Source of the DNA: Candidatus Aenigmatarchaeota archaeon
GTDB lineage: Archaea > Aenigmatarchaeota > Aenigmatarchaeia > CG10238-14 > SCSR01
Reading direction: 5' to 3'
Assembly (NCBI GenBank): GCA_039090665.1
Contig: JAWCSL010000005.1
Coordinates: 1 to 49,363 of the forward strand
Length of the DNA stretch: 49,363 nt
Shown here piece after piece: positions 18,009 to 28,997 of the stretch. Position numbers and translations under genes: made by a program. Under the pieces are notes generated by a model, which was not told the origin of the DNA, searched no databases, and was given only the letters and a program-made list of their open reading frames with translations. Position 1 is the first letter of the stretch. Every line of letters starts with the position of its first letter.

Positions 18009-18665
18009 ATGAACATTTTTGATGCAATTGTGAATAGAAAAAATGTGATAAAATTCAAAAAGGATCCTGTAGATGATAAACTTATTGGAGTTATGTTATA
18101 CATGGCAACTCATGCCCATTCTGCTGGTGAAAACCAAGAATGGAATTTCATAGTTGTGAGAGATGAAGAAAAAAAGAAAAAACTTTACCAAGCTGCCTTA
18201 GAGCATCCGCTTTTGAAAGAAGCTCCTGTTTGTATAGTTGTTTGTGCTGACTTGGAAAAAGCAAGCCTTAGATTTCAAAAAAGAGGAGAAGTTTTCTACT
18301 CAATTCAAGATACAGCAGCCGCAACCATGTTGATGCTCGTGACTGCAAATGCTCTTGGTCTTGGAGCAGTATGGATTGGTTCTTTTGATGAAGAAATGGT
18401 TAAATATATTCTTAATCTTCCTGATAAACTAAGACCTGTTGCAATAGTTGCAGTTGGTCACCCAGAAAAAACAGTAGAGAGAAAAGAAAGAATCCCTTTC
18501 GATAATTTAACTTGGTATAACACTTACGGAGAAAAATATGAATTATCTTATTTATTTCAACCAGGAGCAAGAAAAAAGGTTGAAATAAAGCCAATTGGAA
18601 ATTTGATAGAAGATTTTCTTAAAAAAGCAAAAGAAAATTTGTCAGAAAAATTGAAGAAAAAATGA
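18009..18665 (+). CDS. Nitroreductase-family protein
   Basis: AHSAGENQEWNFIVV, QDTAAA, ALGLGAVWIG, PVAIVAVG. Confidence 0.88.
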   Translation: MNIFDAIVNRKNVIKFKKDPVDDKLIGVMLYMATHAHSAGENQEWNFIVVRDEEKKKKLYQAALEHPLLKEAPVCIVVCADLEKASLRFQKRGEVFYSIQDTAAATMLMLVTANALGLGAVWIGSFDEEMVKYILNLPDKLRPVAIVAVGHPEKTVERKERIPFDNLTWYNTYGEKYELSYLFQPGARKKVEIKPIGNLIEDFLKKAKENLSEKLKKK

Positions 18666-18707
18666 ATTAATTAATTTAAAATTCCAATTAAATATATAGT
18701 GGTTTGA

Positions 18708-20165
18708 ATGAAAAAAATCAAGCCTTTTTTGACATCGATCTTCATACTTTTACTAGTTTTTAATGTTGCCCTTGCAGCTGAAGAAGTTAGCTTGTCTTTA
18801 AGTACAAAAATTCTAACAGCCTACACAGGTGGATCTACAATCACTGAAATAATTGTAAAAAATAATCAAGCCTTCACAGACACTTTTTCACTTTCAATAT
18901 TCCCACCATACCAATATGGAATTCTTGTGAGTTTGGAAAAATACAGTTTAACATTACATCCTGGTGAAAATAAGAGTTTGAAAATTTATTTCGAAATACC
19001 AGAATGTGCTGAAACAACTTCAACATCTTTTTCTATAACTGTAAGATCAACAAAAAACAAAGATGTTTATGATTCTGAAAACTTGATACTTGAAACTATA
19101 AGAAAGTATGGCATTTGTATTTACGAAGCAAAATTGAATAAACAGATATTTGATAGGTTGGGTGAACATCTTCAAGTTGAAGTTCTTTTAAAGAATCCTT
19201 CTGAAACAATTTCTCAACCATTCGTTCTACAAACAAACATACTTTTGGACAAAGAATCTGTAGCAAGATTTGATGAAAATATAGCAGCTATAGAAGGAAA
19301 AGGTGTGAGAACAATAACACACGAACTTGAGATCGATAGATACAAAAGACCTGGAACTTATACTATTGAAATTTTACTGAAAGACAACTACGGCAGTGTA
19401 GTTAGTCAGAAAAAACTAAACTTTAAAGTTTTGGCTATAAATGCAACTGAAAAATTGAATTATTTACCAATAAGGAAAAGTGTAAAGTATGGATTTTTTG
19501 TCCAAACTATTGAAATAAATGTGAGTAATGAGGGAAATGTTCCAACAGGAAGTTTCTACGTGTCAGAAAGTATTCCAATTTTCATAAAACCTTTCTTTTT
19601 CCCAAAAATAGAGCCTACCCTAGAAGAAACAAAAGAGAATAGGATTATCTACAGTTGGCAAGTTCCTTCCTTGAGTCCGGGAGATGTTTACACGATAAAA
19701 TATGAAATAAGCACTTGGAATGCTGTTCTAATAGCAATAATCTTAATAATCATCATAGTTTATTCATTCGCCAAAATATTCAGTATAAGTATTGAGAAAA
19801 AACACAAGTTTTCAGGACCATTAACAAAAGAAAAAGAAATAACAATTATGCTTGAAATCAAAAACAGAACAAGAAACGAAATAAAGGATGTTATAATAAG
19901 AGATTTTGTACCTGGAATAGCAACTGTAGTTGAAAAATTCGATACATTAAGGCCAAGTTTAAGGAAAATTGCAAATGGCACTGAACTTGTTTGGAAAATT
20001 CCATCTTTAGCTCCGGGTGATGAAAGAATTTTAACTTACAGGATAAAACCGATTATAGATATAGTTGGTACACTTAAACTTCCTAAAGCCTATGTGAAAT
20101 TCATGAACAAGAAAAAAGAAGTCAAAAAAATTCTATCAAAATCTGCTTACATAAAAGCAGGATAA
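18708..20165 (+). CDS. Membrane-anchored protein with Ig-like (CARDB/DUF11-like) domains
   Basis: Signal peptide, repeated beta-sandwich motifs (N..N, L.PGE), and a TM segment AVLIAIILIIIIVYSF. Confidence 0.8.
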   Translation: MKKIKPFLTSIFILLLVFNVALAAEEVSLSLSTKILTAYTGGSTITEIIVKNNQAFTDTFSLSIFPPYQYGILVSLEKYSLTLHPGENKSLKIYFEIPECAETTSTSFSITVRSTKNKDVYDSENLILETIRKYGICIYEAKLNKQIFDRLGEHLQVEVLLKNPSETISQPFVLQTNILLDKESVARFDENIAAIEGKGVRTITHELEIDRYKRPGTYTIEILLKDNYGSVVSQKKLNFKVLAINATEKLNYLPIRKSVKYGFFVQTIEINVSNEGNVPTGSFYVSESIPIFIKPFFFPKIEPTLEETKENRIIYSWQVPSLSPGDVYTIKYEISTWNAVLIAIILIIIIVYSFAKIFSISIEKKHKFSGPLTKEKEITIMLEIKNRTRNEIKDVIIRDFVPGIATVVEKFDTLRPSLRKIANGTELVWKIPSLAPGDERILTYRIKPIIDIVGTLKLPKAYVKFMNKKKEVKKILSKSAYIKAG

Positions 20166-20206
20166 AAAATTTTTTATATCTTTGATTTTCTAATATTGAA
20201 TGAGAG

Positions 20207-20320
20207 CCCCGGATAGCTCAACGGTAGAGCAACCGGCTGTAGCTGAGTGCTTAGGCACTTGGTGACAGCAGTTGCTCATCAGAAACCGGTGGGTTGCTGG
20301 TTCAAATCCGGCTCCGGGGA
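20207..20320 (+). tRNA. tRNA-Tyr(GTA) with a 42-nt canonical intron (20243-20284)
   Basis: CCCCGGA/TCCGGGG acceptor (C1-G72); ACCGG CTGTAG^intron^A CCGGT; BHB CTGT[AG^C]...TCAG[AA^A]. Confidence 0.95.
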
Positions 20321-20382
20321 CTCGTTTTTTCCAAAAAATTTATTAGTTAGAAAAAATACATTTTAAGTAGGGTGAAAAAAAC

Positions 20383-20424
20383 TTGGCAAAGAAAAAACCT
20401 AAAGAACCAAAGAAGCCTTGTTGA
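20383..20424 (+). CDS. Candidate 13-aa basic micropeptide MAKKKPKEPKKPC
   Basis: SD GGGTGA 7 nt before a TTG, similar to the EF-2 start context; followed by a T-rich tract. Confidence 0.35.
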   Translation: MAKKKPKEPKKPC

Positions 20425-20503
20425 GTTCTGATGAATTTCATTTTTTTATTTTTTTGAATTTGAAAAAAATAAAGAGAAGAGAATAAATAATTTTATTATC
20501 AAT

Positions 20504-20576
20504 GCCTCGGTCGTCTAGTGGTCTAGGATGCAAGCCTGTCACGCTTGAGACACGGGTTCGAATCCCGTCCGAGGCG
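20504..20576 (+). tRNA. tRNA-Asp(GTC)
   Basis: GCCTCGG/CCGAGGC acceptor; CAAGC CTGTCAC GCTTG; GGTTCGAATCC. Confidence 0.96.
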
Positions 20577-20633
20577 CTTCTTTTTATTCAACTCTCTTTG
20601 TATTCAATCTAAAAATAAAAATGTTTATAGGTT

Positions 20634-21239
20634 TTATTTTGGTAAGCAAAGACTGAGATGAATTCCTTCATAATATCTCCATATTATCACATCTTTACAT
20701 ATTTCGTTTTCTCCACATATTTCGTTTTTTGCCCCAATTACGCAATATTTGTGACATCTCAATGTACCAGTTTGTTCACATACATCATTTTTACACTCAA
20801 CCGAATTATAACAAAAATAGTCTGGTGGGCACTCAAGATGGGTTTTACACAAACCATTTGTCCAAACTCTCAAATAGTTTGGATAACGAGCTAATCTTTC
20901 GAATAAGACACTGTTATAACCTACAAATAGATTTATCCCAAAAATTACAAGAAGTACGAAAATTTTGCTATATTTGTGGAAAATAAGATGATTGTTAGAA
21001 TAAAAAATGTAGCAAGAGATTATATACCATTTGAGACAAAATATTAGCAACTTAAGAAAAATTGGGATACTGAATAAAAGAGTACTAACTCTTTGATTAT
21101 AAAACAATATAACAAGTAAATCAAATAAATCTTCCCAAAAACCATGATTAATTGAAATGTAAAAGAAATAAAAAATAATGCAAAAAGTAGGGAAAATTAT
21201 TTTTGGAATAGTCGGAAAAAAGAATTTTTTCCAATTCAT
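20634..21239 (-). CDS. Membrane protein with a Cys-rich C-terminal domain
   Basis: About three hydrophobic segments, then 10 Cys in ~70 aa; very AT-rich. Confidence 0.7.
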   Translation of the reverse strand: MNWKKFFFPTIPKIIFPTFCIIFYFFYISINHGFWEDLFDLLVILFYNQRVSTLLFSIPIFLKLLIFCLKWYIISCYIFYSNNHLIFHKYSKIFVLLVIFGINLFVGYNSVLFERLARYPNYLRVWTNGLCKTHLECPPDYFCYNSVECKNDVCEQTGTLRCHKYCVIGAKNEICGENEICKDVIIWRYYEGIHLSLCLPK

Positions 21240-21407
21240 ATAAGGTTGTGCCCTCTGTGAATTTGAAATTAATTAAGTTTAAGTTTTTGAAATAATTTAA
21301 CTTTTACTTTAACAAACAAAGAGTTTGAAACTAAAAATGCCGAGAATTTAAATGTGTTACTACCGTTAGATTTAAAAACTTAAATATAGTAAATTATAAA
21401 GTATATT

Positions 21408-21525
21408 TGTTGGCGACCAAAGCGGGAGGGAAACATCCGTTCCCATCCGAACACGGTAATTAAGCCTCCCAGCGATCTGGGATGTACTCTGCGGTTAGCA
21501 GGGGAATTCCAGGACGTCGCCAACA
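21408..21525 (+). rRNA. rrf: 5S rRNA (stand-alone)
   Basis: Terminal helix TGTTGGCGAC/GTCGCCAACA, conserved CCCATCCGAACACGG and TAAGC; GC-rich island. Confidence 0.93.
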
Positions 21526-21611
21526 TTTCCAAAAACCGGTGTCGATCTGAAAAGGAAAAATTATCTCAACCGTATTCCTCATTTTTTACTAACTGTAGAA
21601 AAGGTGAGTGT

Positions 21612-21851
21612 TTGAAGAAGATAAATGTAGAAAAACATGAGCTTGTGCCAAAACATATCATCTTGACTGAAAAAGAAAAAAACGAAGTTTTAAAGAAATA
21701 TAAAGTTAGTTTAAAGCAACTTCCAAGAATCTTAATAACAGACCCTGCAATTGCAGATAAAAATCCAAAAGTTGGAGATGTGGTAAAAATAATAAGAAAG
21801 AGTCCAACTGCTGGAGAAGCAATATATTATAGAGTTGTTGTAAAGGGTTGA
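21612..21851 (+). CDS. rpoH: RNA polymerase subunit H (Rpo5)
   Basis: HELVPKH, QLPRI..DP, GDVVKIIRKS, YYRVV. Confidence 0.97.
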   Translation: MKKINVEKHELVPKHIILTEKEKNEVLKKYKVSLKQLPRILITDPAIADKNPKVGDVVKIIRKSPTAGEAIYYRVVVKG

Positions 21852-21855
21852 CCCC

Positions 21856-23349
21856 ATGAATATAAAATTTCTAACATTATTAGAAGCTTTTGTAAGAGAA
21901 AGAGGACTTGTGAGATTCCAAATAGATTCTTATAATGACTTTATAACAAGGAGAATACCTAAAGTTTTGAAAGAGATTGGTGTAATCAAACCAGAAGTTC
22001 CTGAATTGGGAGAATTCAAAATCAAGTTGGGTAATTTCAAGATAGGAGATCCTTGTGTGAAGGAAGCAGATGGCTCTGTTAGGCCAATATTGCCACAAGA
22101 AGCTAGAATAAGAAATTTAACTTATGCTGCTCCTATGTATGTTGAAATGACACCTGTTCTCAACAATATAGAAAGCAATACAGTTGTTGTCAACTTTGGT
22201 GACATGCCTGTAATGGTGAAATCAAAGATTTGTCCTCTCTCAACAATGGGAAGAGATGAATTGATAGCAATAGGTGAAGATCCTGATGATCCTGGTGGAT
22301 ATTTCATTGTCAATGGAACTGAGAGGATTTTAGTTCTAGTAGAAGAAATAGCTCAAAACAGAATTATTGTGGAAAAAGTTGACTCGGGAAGTGTGACAGA
22401 AGTTGCAAGAATACACTCTGAAAAAGATGGTTACATTCAAAGACATTTGCTTGAAAGAAAGTCAAACGGTATAATCACTATAAGTTTTGCTAATGTGGAA
22501 AAACTACCAGTAGTAATTCTAATAAAAGCTCTTGGACTTGAATCTGATAAAGACATAGTAAATATGATATCTTCTGATGAAGATGTTCAAGAAGAATTTT
22601 ATGTGAATTTATATGAAGTTGAAATAACTTCAAAACAAGAAGCTTTGGACGAACTAGGAAAACAAATAAGAATAGCACAAAAAGAAAGTAGGAGTGAAAG
22701 AGCAACAAGACTTATAGACAAATATTTCTTACCACACTTAGGTCAAACACCTGACACAAGAATTGATAAAGCAATTTTCCTATGTAAGGCAATTGGAAAA
22801 CTCATAAAGTTGCATCTGGGTAAGATTGAAGAAGATGATCTTGATCACTATTCTAACAAAAGAATAAAGCTCTCTGGAGATCTCTTAGAAATTCTATTGA
22901 GGTCAATACTTCTTGGAAAATGGGGATTAATAACGAGGATAACTTACAATTATCAAAAACTTGCTAAAAGAGGAAGAATACCACCTCTTCAAGCAATAGT
23001 TGAGTCAAATGTCTTAACTAATCAAATTGTTTCAGCGCTTGCAATAGGAAGTTGGGTAGGTGGAAGAACAGGTGTGAGTCAAAGGCTAGAAAGAGGAAGT
23101 TTCATCAAAACAATTTCTCATATGAGAAACATACTTTCACCTTTAACATCAACTCAAGAACACTTCGGTGCCAGAGAGCTTCATCCTACTCACTTCGGAA
23201 AATTGTGTACAAGTGAAACACCTGAAGGAGCAACAATAGGTTTGAGAAAATATCTTGCAATAATGGCTGAAATCACAAGAGGTTTAAGTGAAAATGAGAA
23301 AAAGAGTTTTTATGCTTCAATTCAAAAAATGGTGAGTTTGAATGGCTGA
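21856..23349 (+). CDS. rpoB2: RNA polymerase subunit B'' (Rpo2N)
   Basis: EARIRNLTY, DPGGYFIVNG.ER, GVSQ, ETPEG. Confidence 0.96.
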   Translation: MNIKFLTLLEAFVRERGLVRFQIDSYNDFITRRIPKVLKEIGVIKPEVPELGEFKIKLGNFKIGDPCVKEADGSVRPILPQEARIRNLTYAAPMYVEMTPVLNNIESNTVVVNFGDMPVMVKSKICPLSTMGRDELIAIGEDPDDPGGYFIVNGTERILVLVEEIAQNRIIVEKVDSGSVTEVARIHSEKDGYIQRHLLERKSNGIITISFANVEKLPVVILIKALGLESDKDIVNMISSDEDVQEEFYVNLYEVEITSKQEALDELGKQIRIAQKESRSERATRLIDKYFLPHLGQTPDTRIDKAIFLCKAIGKLIKLHLGKIEEDDLDHYSNKRIKLSGDLLEILLRSILLGKWGLITRITYNYQKLAKRGRIPPLQAIVESNVLTNQIVSALAIGSWVGGRTGVSQRLERGSFIKTISHMRNILSPLTSTQEHFGARELHPTHFGKLCTSETPEGATIGLRKYLAIMAEITRGLSENEKKSFYASIQKMVSLNG

Positions 23350-25138
23350 TGTATTTCTAGACGGAAAATTCATTGGAACTACTAAAGATCCTGAAGGTTT
23401 GGTAAATGAAATAAGAAGTAGGAGAAGAAAAGGTTTAATTTCACCGCAAATTAATGTTGCTTATCACAAGCATTTGGATGAAGTTAGAATTTTGACAGAT
23501 AGTGGAAGGATAAGAAGACCTTTGATAATTGTTGAAAATGGTAAGCCAAAACTCACAGAAGAACATATACAAAAACTTAAGGCAGGTGTCCTCAAATGGG
23601 AAGATTTGATAAATAATGGTATCATCGAATATCTTGATGCTGAAGAAGAAGAAAATTGTTACATTGCTATAAGAGAAGAAGATATTACTCCAGAACACAC
23701 TCACCTTGAAATAGATCCTGCCGTAATTCTTGGTTTTTCCGCTTCTTTCATTCCTTATGCAGAGTTCAATAGAGGTGATAGAGTTAACTATGGGGCAAAG
23801 ATGGTCGGTCAATCTATAGGTCTTTTTGCCACCAATTATTTGAACAGAACTGACACCAAATCGAATGTTTTAATTTATCCTCAAGTTCCTCTTGTTCAGA
23901 CTCACGCTCACAAAGTAGCAGGTTATGAAAAACATCCAAACGGTGCAAATGTAATAGTTGCCGTCACTTGTTTCCAGGGCTTCAATATGGATGATGCTAT
24001 CATCATAAATGCTAGCTCAATTCAAAGAGGCCTTTTCTGGTCTTACATGTTCAGGACTTATGAAGCTGAGCAAAAAAGATATATGGGTGGGCAAGAAGAT
24101 GTGATAGGGATTCCCGAACCTGGTGTGAGAGGGTATGGTGGCGAAGATGCTTATAAACACTTGCCAGAAGATGGAATTGTCAACCCAGAAACAGAAGTAA
24201 AATCTGATGAAGTTTTGGTTGGAAGAATCTCGCCATTGAGGTTCTTAGGTAGCATGGACCAATTCATCACTGGTATTGAAAATATAAGAGAAACTTCTGT
24301 AAGAGTGAGACATGGTGATTGTGGTATTGTAGACAAAGTTTTTATAACTGAAACTGTAGATGGCACTAAGCTTGTTAAAGTAAGAGTTAGAAGCTTGAAA
24401 ATCCCTGAAATAGGAGATAAGTTTGCGAGTAGACATGGACAAAAGGGTGTGATAGGGATTGTATTACCACAAGAGGATATGCCATTTACAGAAACTGGTA
24501 TTGTTCCTGATATTATTTTTAATCCTCATGGAATTCCGTCCAGGATGACTGTCGGGCAATTGCTGGAACCCTTAGCAGCCAAGGCTGCAGCCCTTTCTGG
24601 AAAAATAATTTATTCTTCTCCTTTCAATCCAACTCCTGAAGAAGAAATAAGAGCAATTCTAAAAGCTTACGGATTTAGAGATGATGGAAAAGAAGTTATG
24701 ATTGACGGTAGAACTGGTAAAAAATTTGAGGCTGAGATTTTCATTGGTCCTTGTTTTTACCAGAAATTAGATCACCTTGTCTCAAACAAGATTCATGCCA
24801 GATCAAGAGGACCTGTTACTTTGCTTACAAGGCAACCGACAGAAGGAAGAAGTAAAGAAGGTGGTCTTAGACTTGGTGAAATGGAAAAAGATGTTTTAAT
24901 AGCACATGGTGCAGCCCTTGTTTTAAAGGAGAGATTTGATTCTGACAAAACAGTTATTCCTGTATGTTCTGAATGTGGTCTAATTGCTATCCTTGATAGA
25001 ATAAAAAACAGAAAAATTTGTCCTGTGTGTGGTGAAAGTAAAATAGTTGATGTTGAGATGAGCTATGCTTTCAAGCTGATGTTGGATGAACTAAAGAGCA
25101 TGTTAATTTATCCAAAGATAGTACTAAAGGAGGATTAA
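23342..25138 (+). CDS. rpoB1: RNA polymerase subunit B' (Rpo2C)
   Basis: GDKFASRHGQKG, NPHGIPSRMT, RQPTEGR..GGLRLGEME, C-terminal Zn finger. Confidence 0.97.
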   Translation: MADVFLDGKFIGTTKDPEGLVNEIRSRRRKGLISPQINVAYHKHLDEVRILTDSGRIRRPLIIVENGKPKLTEEHIQKLKAGVLKWEDLINNGIIEYLDAEEEENCYIAIREEDITPEHTHLEIDPAVILGFSASFIPYAEFNRGDRVNYGAKMVGQSIGLFATNYLNRTDTKSNVLIYPQVPLVQTHAHKVAGYEKHPNGANVIVAVTCFQGFNMDDAIIINASSIQRGLFWSYMFRTYEAEQKRYMGGQEDVIGIPEPGVRGYGGEDAYKHLPEDGIVNPETEVKSDEVLVGRISPLRFLGSMDQFITGIENIRETSVRVRHGDCGIVDKVFITETVDGTKLVKVRVRSLKIPEIGDKFASRHGQKGVIGIVLPQEDMPFTETGIVPDIIFNPHGIPSRMTVGQLLEPLAAKAAALSGKIIYSSPFNPTPEEEIRAILKAYGFRDDGKEVMIDGRTGKKFEAEIFIGPCFYQKLDHLVSNKIHARSRGPVTLLTRQPTEGRSKEGGLRLGEMEKDVLIAHGAALVLKERFDSDKTVIPVCSECGLIAILDRIKNRKICPVCGESKIVDVEMSYAFKLMLDELKSMLIYPKIVLKED

Positions 25139-25139
25139 G

Positions 25140-27629
25140 ATGAGAGTTGCAAAAATAGAATTTAGTGTACTGAATCCTGAAATGATAAAGAAAATGGCTG
25201 TAGCTAAAATAACTAAGACTGAACTTTATGACCAAGAAGGATACCCAATTGAAGGTGGCCTAATGGATCCAAGACTTGGTGTTGTAGATCCTGGTGTAAG
25301 ATGTAGAACTTGTGGTGGAACTGTTGGTGAATGTCAAGGTCATTTTGGAATTCTTGAACTAACTAGACCAATAGTTCATGTCCACTATGCAAAATTCATT
25401 TTTACTCTTTTGAAAATGTTTTGTAAGAAGTGTGGAAGAATTTTGATAGAAGAGAAAGACCTTGAAAAAATTAAAAGTGAAAAGCTTCCCTTTAAAGAGC
25501 TTGCAAAGATGGTAAAGAAGAAATGTCCTTATTGTGGAACTACACAAGGAAAATTGAAATTCATAAAACCATACACTTTTGTTGAAGAAAATGAAATGCT
25601 AAACCCAATAAAAGTAAGAGAAAGACTGGAGAAAATTCCCACAGAAGACCTTAACATAATAGGATTCAAGAATATGAGGCCTGAATGGCTTGTGCTAACT
25701 GTTTTACCTATACCACCAGTAACAGTAAGACCTTCTATTACTTTAGAAACAGGTGAAAGATCTGAAGATGATTTAACCCACAAGCTTGTTGATATTGTGA
25801 GAATAAATGAAAGATTGAAAGAAAATATAGATCTTGGCGCACCTGATTTCATAATAGAAGATCTTTGGGAACTCCTTCAGTATCACATAAGTACTTACTT
25901 TGATAATGAGCTCTCTGGTGTTCCCCCTGCGAGACACAGATCTGGTAGGATTTTGAAGACACTTTCTCAAAGATTGAAAACAAAAGAAGGAAGATTCAGA
26001 GGAAATCTTGCCGGAAAAAGAGTAAATTTCTCTGCAAGAACTGTTATAAGTCCGGATCCTTTGATTGGTCTTGATGAAGTCGGTGTTCCTGAAGTTGTTG
26101 CTAGAGAATTAACGGTTCCGGTAAGGGTAAATGAGAAAAACTTGGAAGAAATGAGAAAAATCGTGATGAATGGAAGTGATGTTTGGCCGGGTGCAAACTA
26201 TGTGATAAGGCCTGACGGTAGAAGAAAAAAGATAACAGAAAATAATAAAGAAGAGATTGCAAAAGAACTTGCTCCGGGCTACATAGTTGAGAGACACATA
26301 AGAGACGGTGACATTTCACTTTTCAACAGACAACCGAGCTTACACAGAATGAGCATGATGGCACATAAAGTCAGGGTAATGCCTTTCAAAACTTTCAGAT
26401 TAAACACTGCTGTTTGTCCGCCTTACAATGCTGATTTTGATGGAGATGAAATGAATTTACACATACCACAAACAGAAGAAGCACAAGCAGAAGCGCTTTG
26501 TTTGATGAGTGTAGAAAAACATATAAGAAGCCCGAGATTTTCAGGTCCGATTATCGGGGCAACAAAAGATTGTATTTCCGGCATTTATCTTTTGACAAAA
26601 GATGATAAAAAATTTGAAAGAGAAGAATTTGTTGATTTGATAAGAAAAGTTGATCCTGATATCGAAATACCTGATAAACAAACTATGACCGGAAAAGAAA
26701 TATTCAGTCTGTTCTTACCAAAAGATTTTTCGATTCAATACAAGTCGAAGTCTGGAGAAATGGTGATAATCAAAGACGGTAAACTTATTTCGGGGGTTAT
26801 CGACAAAGCTGGAATAGGAGATGAAGATGGAAAAATAATCGATAAATTGGAAAAAGAGTATGGAGCTGAATTCGTGAGTGAGTTTTTGTTCAAAATGATT
26901 AAACTTTCTCTTGAATATATAACAAGAGTTGGATTTTCTGTAAGTGTTTCGGAGTTAGACTTGCCTAAAGAAGCAAAAGAAGAAATAGATGTTGTTCTGA
27001 AAAATGTGAAAAAAGATGTAGACGAAATGATTAAAGAGTTTGAAAGAGGTGAACTCAAAGTCTTGATTGGAAGAACGCCAAAAGAAAGTTTGGAGAGTTT
27101 GATAAAGAGAAGGTTGAACAAAGCACTCAATGAAGTAGAAGAGATTTTAGTTAAATATGTGAAAGATACTTCAGTAATTCACATGGCAAAAAGCGGAGCA
27201 AGAGGCAGTATAGTGAATTTCGTCCAAACAGCTGCACTCATAGGACAAGAAACTATAATGGGTGAAAGGATGGAAAGAGGTTATTATCAGAGAGTTTTTC
27301 CGCATTTCAAGAAAGAAGATATAAGCCTTCAAGCAAAAGGATTTGTTGATAGAGGATTCAAAAGCGGTTTGACTCCGTTCCAATTCTTCTTCGATGCAAT
27401 GAATAGCAGGGAATCTTTGATGGATAAATCACTTAAGACTAGACACTCTGGTTACATGGAAAGAAGACTTGTTGGTGCACTTCAAGACCTAAAAGTTGAG
27501 TATGATGGCACGGTGAGAGATAGTTCAAACAGAATAATACAGTTCCTGCCTGGTGAAGACGGACTTGATCCATCAAAGGTTGAGAAAGGTGGTATAGATG
27601 TCAGAAAAATTGCAGAAACAATTGTCTGA
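25140..27629 (+). CDS. rpoA1: RNA polymerase subunit A' (Rpo1N)
   Basis: Catalytic [27 protein letters not shown]. Confidence 0.98.
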   Translation: MRVAKIEFSVLNPEMIKKMAVAKITKTELYDQEGYPIEGGLMDPRLGVVDPGVRCRTCGGTVGECQGHFGILELTRPIVHVHYAKFIFTLLKMFCKKCGRILIEEKDLEKIKSEKLPFKELAKMVKKKCPYCGTTQGKLKFIKPYTFVEENEMLNPIKVRERLEKIPTEDLNIIGFKNMRPEWLVLTVLPIPPVTVRPSITLETGERSEDDLTHKLVDIVRINERLKENIDLGAPDFIIEDLWELLQYHISTYFDNELSGVPPARHRSGRILKTLSQRLKTKEGRFRGNLAGKRVNFSARTVISPDPLIGLDEVGVPEVVARELTVPVRVNEKNLEEMRKIVMNGSDVWPGANYVIRPDGRRKKITENNKEEIAKELAPGYIVERHIRDGDISLFNRQPSLHRMSMMAHKVRVMPFKTFRLNTAVCPPYNADFDGDEMNLHIPQTEEAQAEALCLMSVEKHIRSPRFSGPIIGATKDCISGIYLLTKDDKKFEREEFVDLIRKVDPDIEIPDKQTMTGKEIFSLFLPKDFSIQYKSKSGEMVIIKDGKLISGVIDKAGIGDEDGKIIDKLEKEYGAEFVSEFLFKMIKLSLEYITRVGFSVSVSELDLPKEAKEEIDVVLKNVKKDVDEMIKEFERGELKVLIGRTPKESLESLIKRRLNKALNEVEEILVKYVKDTSVIHMAKSGARGSIVNFVQTAALIGQETIMGERMERGYYQRVFPHFKKEDISLQAKGFVDRGFKSGLTPFQFFFDAMNSRESLMDKSLKTRHSGYMERRLVGALQDLKVEYDGTVRDSSNRIIQFLPGEDGLDPSKVEKGGIDVRKIAETIV

Positions 27630-28743
27630 AATTGAGCTACCCGTAGCTTTAATGGAAGAAATAGAAAAAGTTTCAAAAGAGTTAAAGCTAAGTGAAGAAA
27701 AAAAGAATAAGCTAGTGGAAAAAGTTAAAAAGATTTACATAAGATCTATGTTTGAACCTGGTGAAGCAATCGGAATTATTGCTGCTCAAAGTATATCTGA
27801 ACCTGCAACCCAAATGACTATGCGTACTTATCATTTTGCCGGTTCTGCTGGAATTAAAGTCACTTATGGTCTACCTAGATTGGTTGAAATTTTTGACGCA
27901 AAAAAAGAACTAGAAACTCCTGTAATGGAAATTTATCTTAAAAAAGAATTCAACAACAAAGATAAGGCAAAAGAACTTGCTGAAAGTATAATCGAGAAAA
28001 AGATTTCTGATGTTGTGAAAGAAGTTTCTATTAATTTGAGTGAAGGTAACATAGAAATAGAACCATACGACTTGAGGAAATTGAGTAAAATAATCAAAAC
28101 AATAAAAGAAAATATTCCAGAAATCAAAATAAAAGAGAAAACAAAAAGCATTGTAATTTCGCCAAAAGATGAAGCTGATGTCAAAGCTCTTCAAGCCTTA
28201 AGAGAAAAGATACTAAATCTTCATTTTGAAGGCATAAAAGGTATAAAGAATGCAATTGTGAGGAGAGAAGGTGAAGATTGGCTTATAAATACTTTAGGTT
28301 CTAACCTTGAAGAAATTTTGATGCTTGATGAAGTAGATGAAACTAGAACAATAACAAATGATATTCATGAAACATTTAAAGTTTTGGGTATAGAGGCTGC
28401 AAGAAATGTGATAATTAAAGAAGCAATTAAAACTTTGCAAGAACAAGGACTGGATGTTGATATAAGACATATTCTTCTTGTTGGAGATATAATGACTTCT
28501 ACTGGTAGAATTCAATCCATCGGAAGGTACGGTGTTGCTGGATCTCAAACATCTATTCTTGCCAGAGCAGCTTTTGAGGAAACTGTTAAACATTTGGTTA
28601 GGGCATCTATTAGAAATGAGGTTGACGAATTCAAGGGAATTTTTGAGAATGTCATGATAGGGCAAGTCATTCCTTCAGGTACTGGAATGTTAGAACTAAT
28701 AGCAAAATTTGAAAAAGAAGAGGAGAGAAAAGATGAAGCTTGA
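27598..28743 (+). CDS. rpoA2: RNA polymerase subunit A'' (Rpo1C)
   Basis: [36 protein letters not shown]. Confidence 0.97.
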   Translation: MSEKLQKQLSEIELPVALMEEIEKVSKELKLSEEKKNKLVEKVKKIYIRSMFEPGEAIGIIAAQSISEPATQMTMRTYHFAGSAGIKVTYGLPRLVEIFDAKKELETPVMEIYLKKEFNNKDKAKELAESIIEKKISDVVKEVSINLSEGNIEIEPYDLRKLSKIIKTIKENIPEIKIKEKTKSIVISPKDEADVKALQALREKILNLHFEGIKGIKNAIVRREGEDWLINTLGSNLEEILMLDEVDETRTITNDIHETFKVLGIEAARNVIIKEAIKTLQEQGLDVDIRHILLVGDIMTSTGRIQSIGRYGVAGSQTSILARAAFEETVKHLVRASIRNEVDEFKGIFENVMIGQVIPSGTGMLELIAKFEKEEERKDEA

Positions 28744-28993
28744 AGAAGAAATAATTGATGCAAACAAAGCTGGAAAAATAGTTCTTGGATACAAAGAGAG
28801 CAAAAAATTCTTGCGTGTGAATGACGCCAAGCTTGTAGTAATTGCAAAAAATGCTCCTGAAAAAATTAGAAAAGAGATTGAGCATAATGCAAAAATAGCA
28901 GGTGTGAAAATTGAAGTTTTCAACGGAAGTAGTAAAGAACTTGGAGTACTTTGCGGTAAACCTTATCCAGTAAGCGTGCTAGTTATAAAGTGA
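28733..28993 (+). CDS. rpl30e: 50S ribosomal protein L30e
   Basis: [17 protein letters not shown]; canonical operon position. Confidence 0.95.
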   Translation: MKLEEEIIDANKAGKIVLGYKESKKFLRVNDAKLVVIAKNAPEKIRKEIEHNAKIAGVKIEVFNGSSKELGVLCGKPYPVSVLVIK

Positions 28994-28997
28994 TTAA

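Noticed and set aside
20243..20284. C/D guide RNA inside the tRNA-Tyr intron
   Set aside because: Only a CTGA and weak C-box-like words are present, and it is too short for a convincing guide
21535..21615. ACCGGTGTCGAT 12-mer shared with ~44346, and a 22-codon CTG ORF before rpoH
   Set aside because: Only two copies, the word contains an SD-like GGTG, and the ORF has no supporting features
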